Assembly (NCBI GenBank): GCA_963729605.1
Contig: CAVSNY010000007.1
Coordinates: forward strand, 1,088,001-1,152,000
Direction: 5' to 3'
Origin: an uncultured Gammaproteobacteria bacterium
GTDB taxonomy: Bacteria; Pseudomonadota; Gammaproteobacteria; DRLM01
Length of the DNA: 64,000 nucleotides
In this document: positions 62,962 to 64,000 of the stretch, one piece after another
How the letters are laid out: every line of letters starts with the position of its first letter
How positions within the stretch are numbered: position 1 is the stretch's first letter
Made by a program: the position numbers and the translations under genes
Notes under the pieces: model-generated
What the model was told of the DNA's origin: nothing
Seen by the model: only the letters and a program-made list of their open reading frames with translations
The model's database searches: none

Positions 62962-64000
62962 ATGAGTGAAAGTAACGTGACGGCATTCAGTTCCACCTCC
63001 GAGATCATCGAAGACCTGCGGCGCGGCCGCATGGTGGTCATCGTCGACGACGAAGACCGCGAGAACGAAGGCGACCTGTTGATGGCGGCGGCCTGCGTAC
63101 GGGCCGAGGACGTCAATTTCATGGCCCGCTACGGGCGGGGCCTGATCTGCCTCACGCTCACCCAGGAACGCTGCGAGCGTTTGCGCCTGCCGCTGATGGT
63201 GGCGGGCACCCACGCCAAACACAGCACCAATTTTACGGTGTCGATCGAGGCGGCGCGCGGCGTGACCACCGGCATCTCCGCCGCCGATCGCGCGACCACT
63301 ATTCTCGCCGCGGTGGCGCCCGCGGCCGAAGCCGCCGATCTGGTGCAGCCGGGGCATATCTTTCCGTTGATGGCGCAGCCGGGCGGGGTGTTGACCCGCG
63401 CCGGCCACACCGAGGCGGGCTGCGATCTGGCGCGGCTGGCGGGTTTCGAGCCGGCGGCGGTGATCGTCGAGATCCTCAGCGAGGACGGCACCATGGCCCG
63501 CCGTCCCGAGCTGGAACGGTTCGCGGCGCAGCATGGCTTGAAGATCGGCACCATCGCCGACCTCATCCATTACCGCTTGCAAAATGAAAAGACCATCGAG
63601 CCGCTGGGTGAGTGCTCCCTGCCCACGGAATTCGGCGAGTTTCGTTTGTTGGCCTTCCGCGACAGTGTGGGTGGCGACAGCCATTTCGCGCTGGTGAAAG
63701 GGGTTTTGCGCGCCGACAGCCCGGTATTGGTCCGGGTGCATATGCTGGATACCTTGAGCGATTTGTTCGGCGCCGCCCGCAGCGACGCCCACTGGTCCTT
63801 GCGCGAGGCTTTGGCCCGTTTGGGGCGGGAGGACAGCGCGGTGGTGGTGGTGTTGCGCAAACCCGACGAGGCGCGCGCCTTGCTGGCGCGCATCCGCGAC
63901 TACCGCTTGCAGGCGCAGGGCGTGCATTTGCAGGCGCCGGCGGCGGGCGACGAACTGCGGACTTACGGCGTCGGCGCGCAAATCCTCGCCGAACTCGGGG
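62962..64000 (+). CDS. ribB: DHBP synthase fused to a degenerate GTP cyclohydrolase II domain (RibBX-like), partial
   Basis: [32 protein letters not shown]; then LVRVH...[11 protein letters not shown]; runs off the window. Confidence 0.9.
   Translation, partial: MSESNVTAFSSTSEIIEDLRRGRMVVIVDDEDRENEGDLLMAAACVRAEDVNFMARYGRGLICLTLTQERCERLRLPLMVAGTHAKHSTNFTVSIEAARGVTTGISAADRATTILAAVAPAAEAADLVQPGHIFPLMAQPGGVLTRAGHTEAGCDLARLAGFEPAAVIVEILSEDGTMARRPELERFAAQHGLKIGTIADLIHYRLQNEKTIEPLGECSLPTEFGEFRLLAFRDSVGGDSHFALVKGVLRADSPVLVRVHMLDTLSDLFGAARSDAHWSLREALARLGREDSAVVVVLRKPDEARALLARIRDYRLQAQGVHLQAPAAGDELRTYGVGAQILAELG

Overview
Chromosomal segment of a GC-rich gammaproteobacterium, mostly core genes. In order: type IV minor pilin cluster (pilV-W-X-Y1-Y2-E), NUDIX, hemH, LysM lytic transglycosylase plus a very large class A PBP-like protein, lpxH-ppi / gltX-cysS, SLC13 permease, folD, LysR-leuCDB-asd-usg-fimV, a glycogen cluster (glgB, glgC, GH57, malQ, glgP; riddled with single-base indels), tRNA-Leu(CAA), queA, an inserted fpr-etfAB / finR-ETF:QO module, tgt-yajC-secDF, a GGDEF protein, glyA-nrdR-ribD-ribE-ribBX. 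The most unusual parts are: (i) a lower-GC accessory patch after fimV, in which an orphan Rhs toxin tip and immunity-like genes alternate with REP-flanked RAYT transposase remnants and REP-linked duplications; (ii) a sharply bounded, codon-scrambled patch inside essential cysS; (iii) the FinR/FNR/ETF/ETF:QO module splitting queA from tgt; (iv) at least three intergenic palindrome families with local tandem amplifications. All calls were made by eye from motifs and synteny; no searches were run and GC differences are visual estimates.
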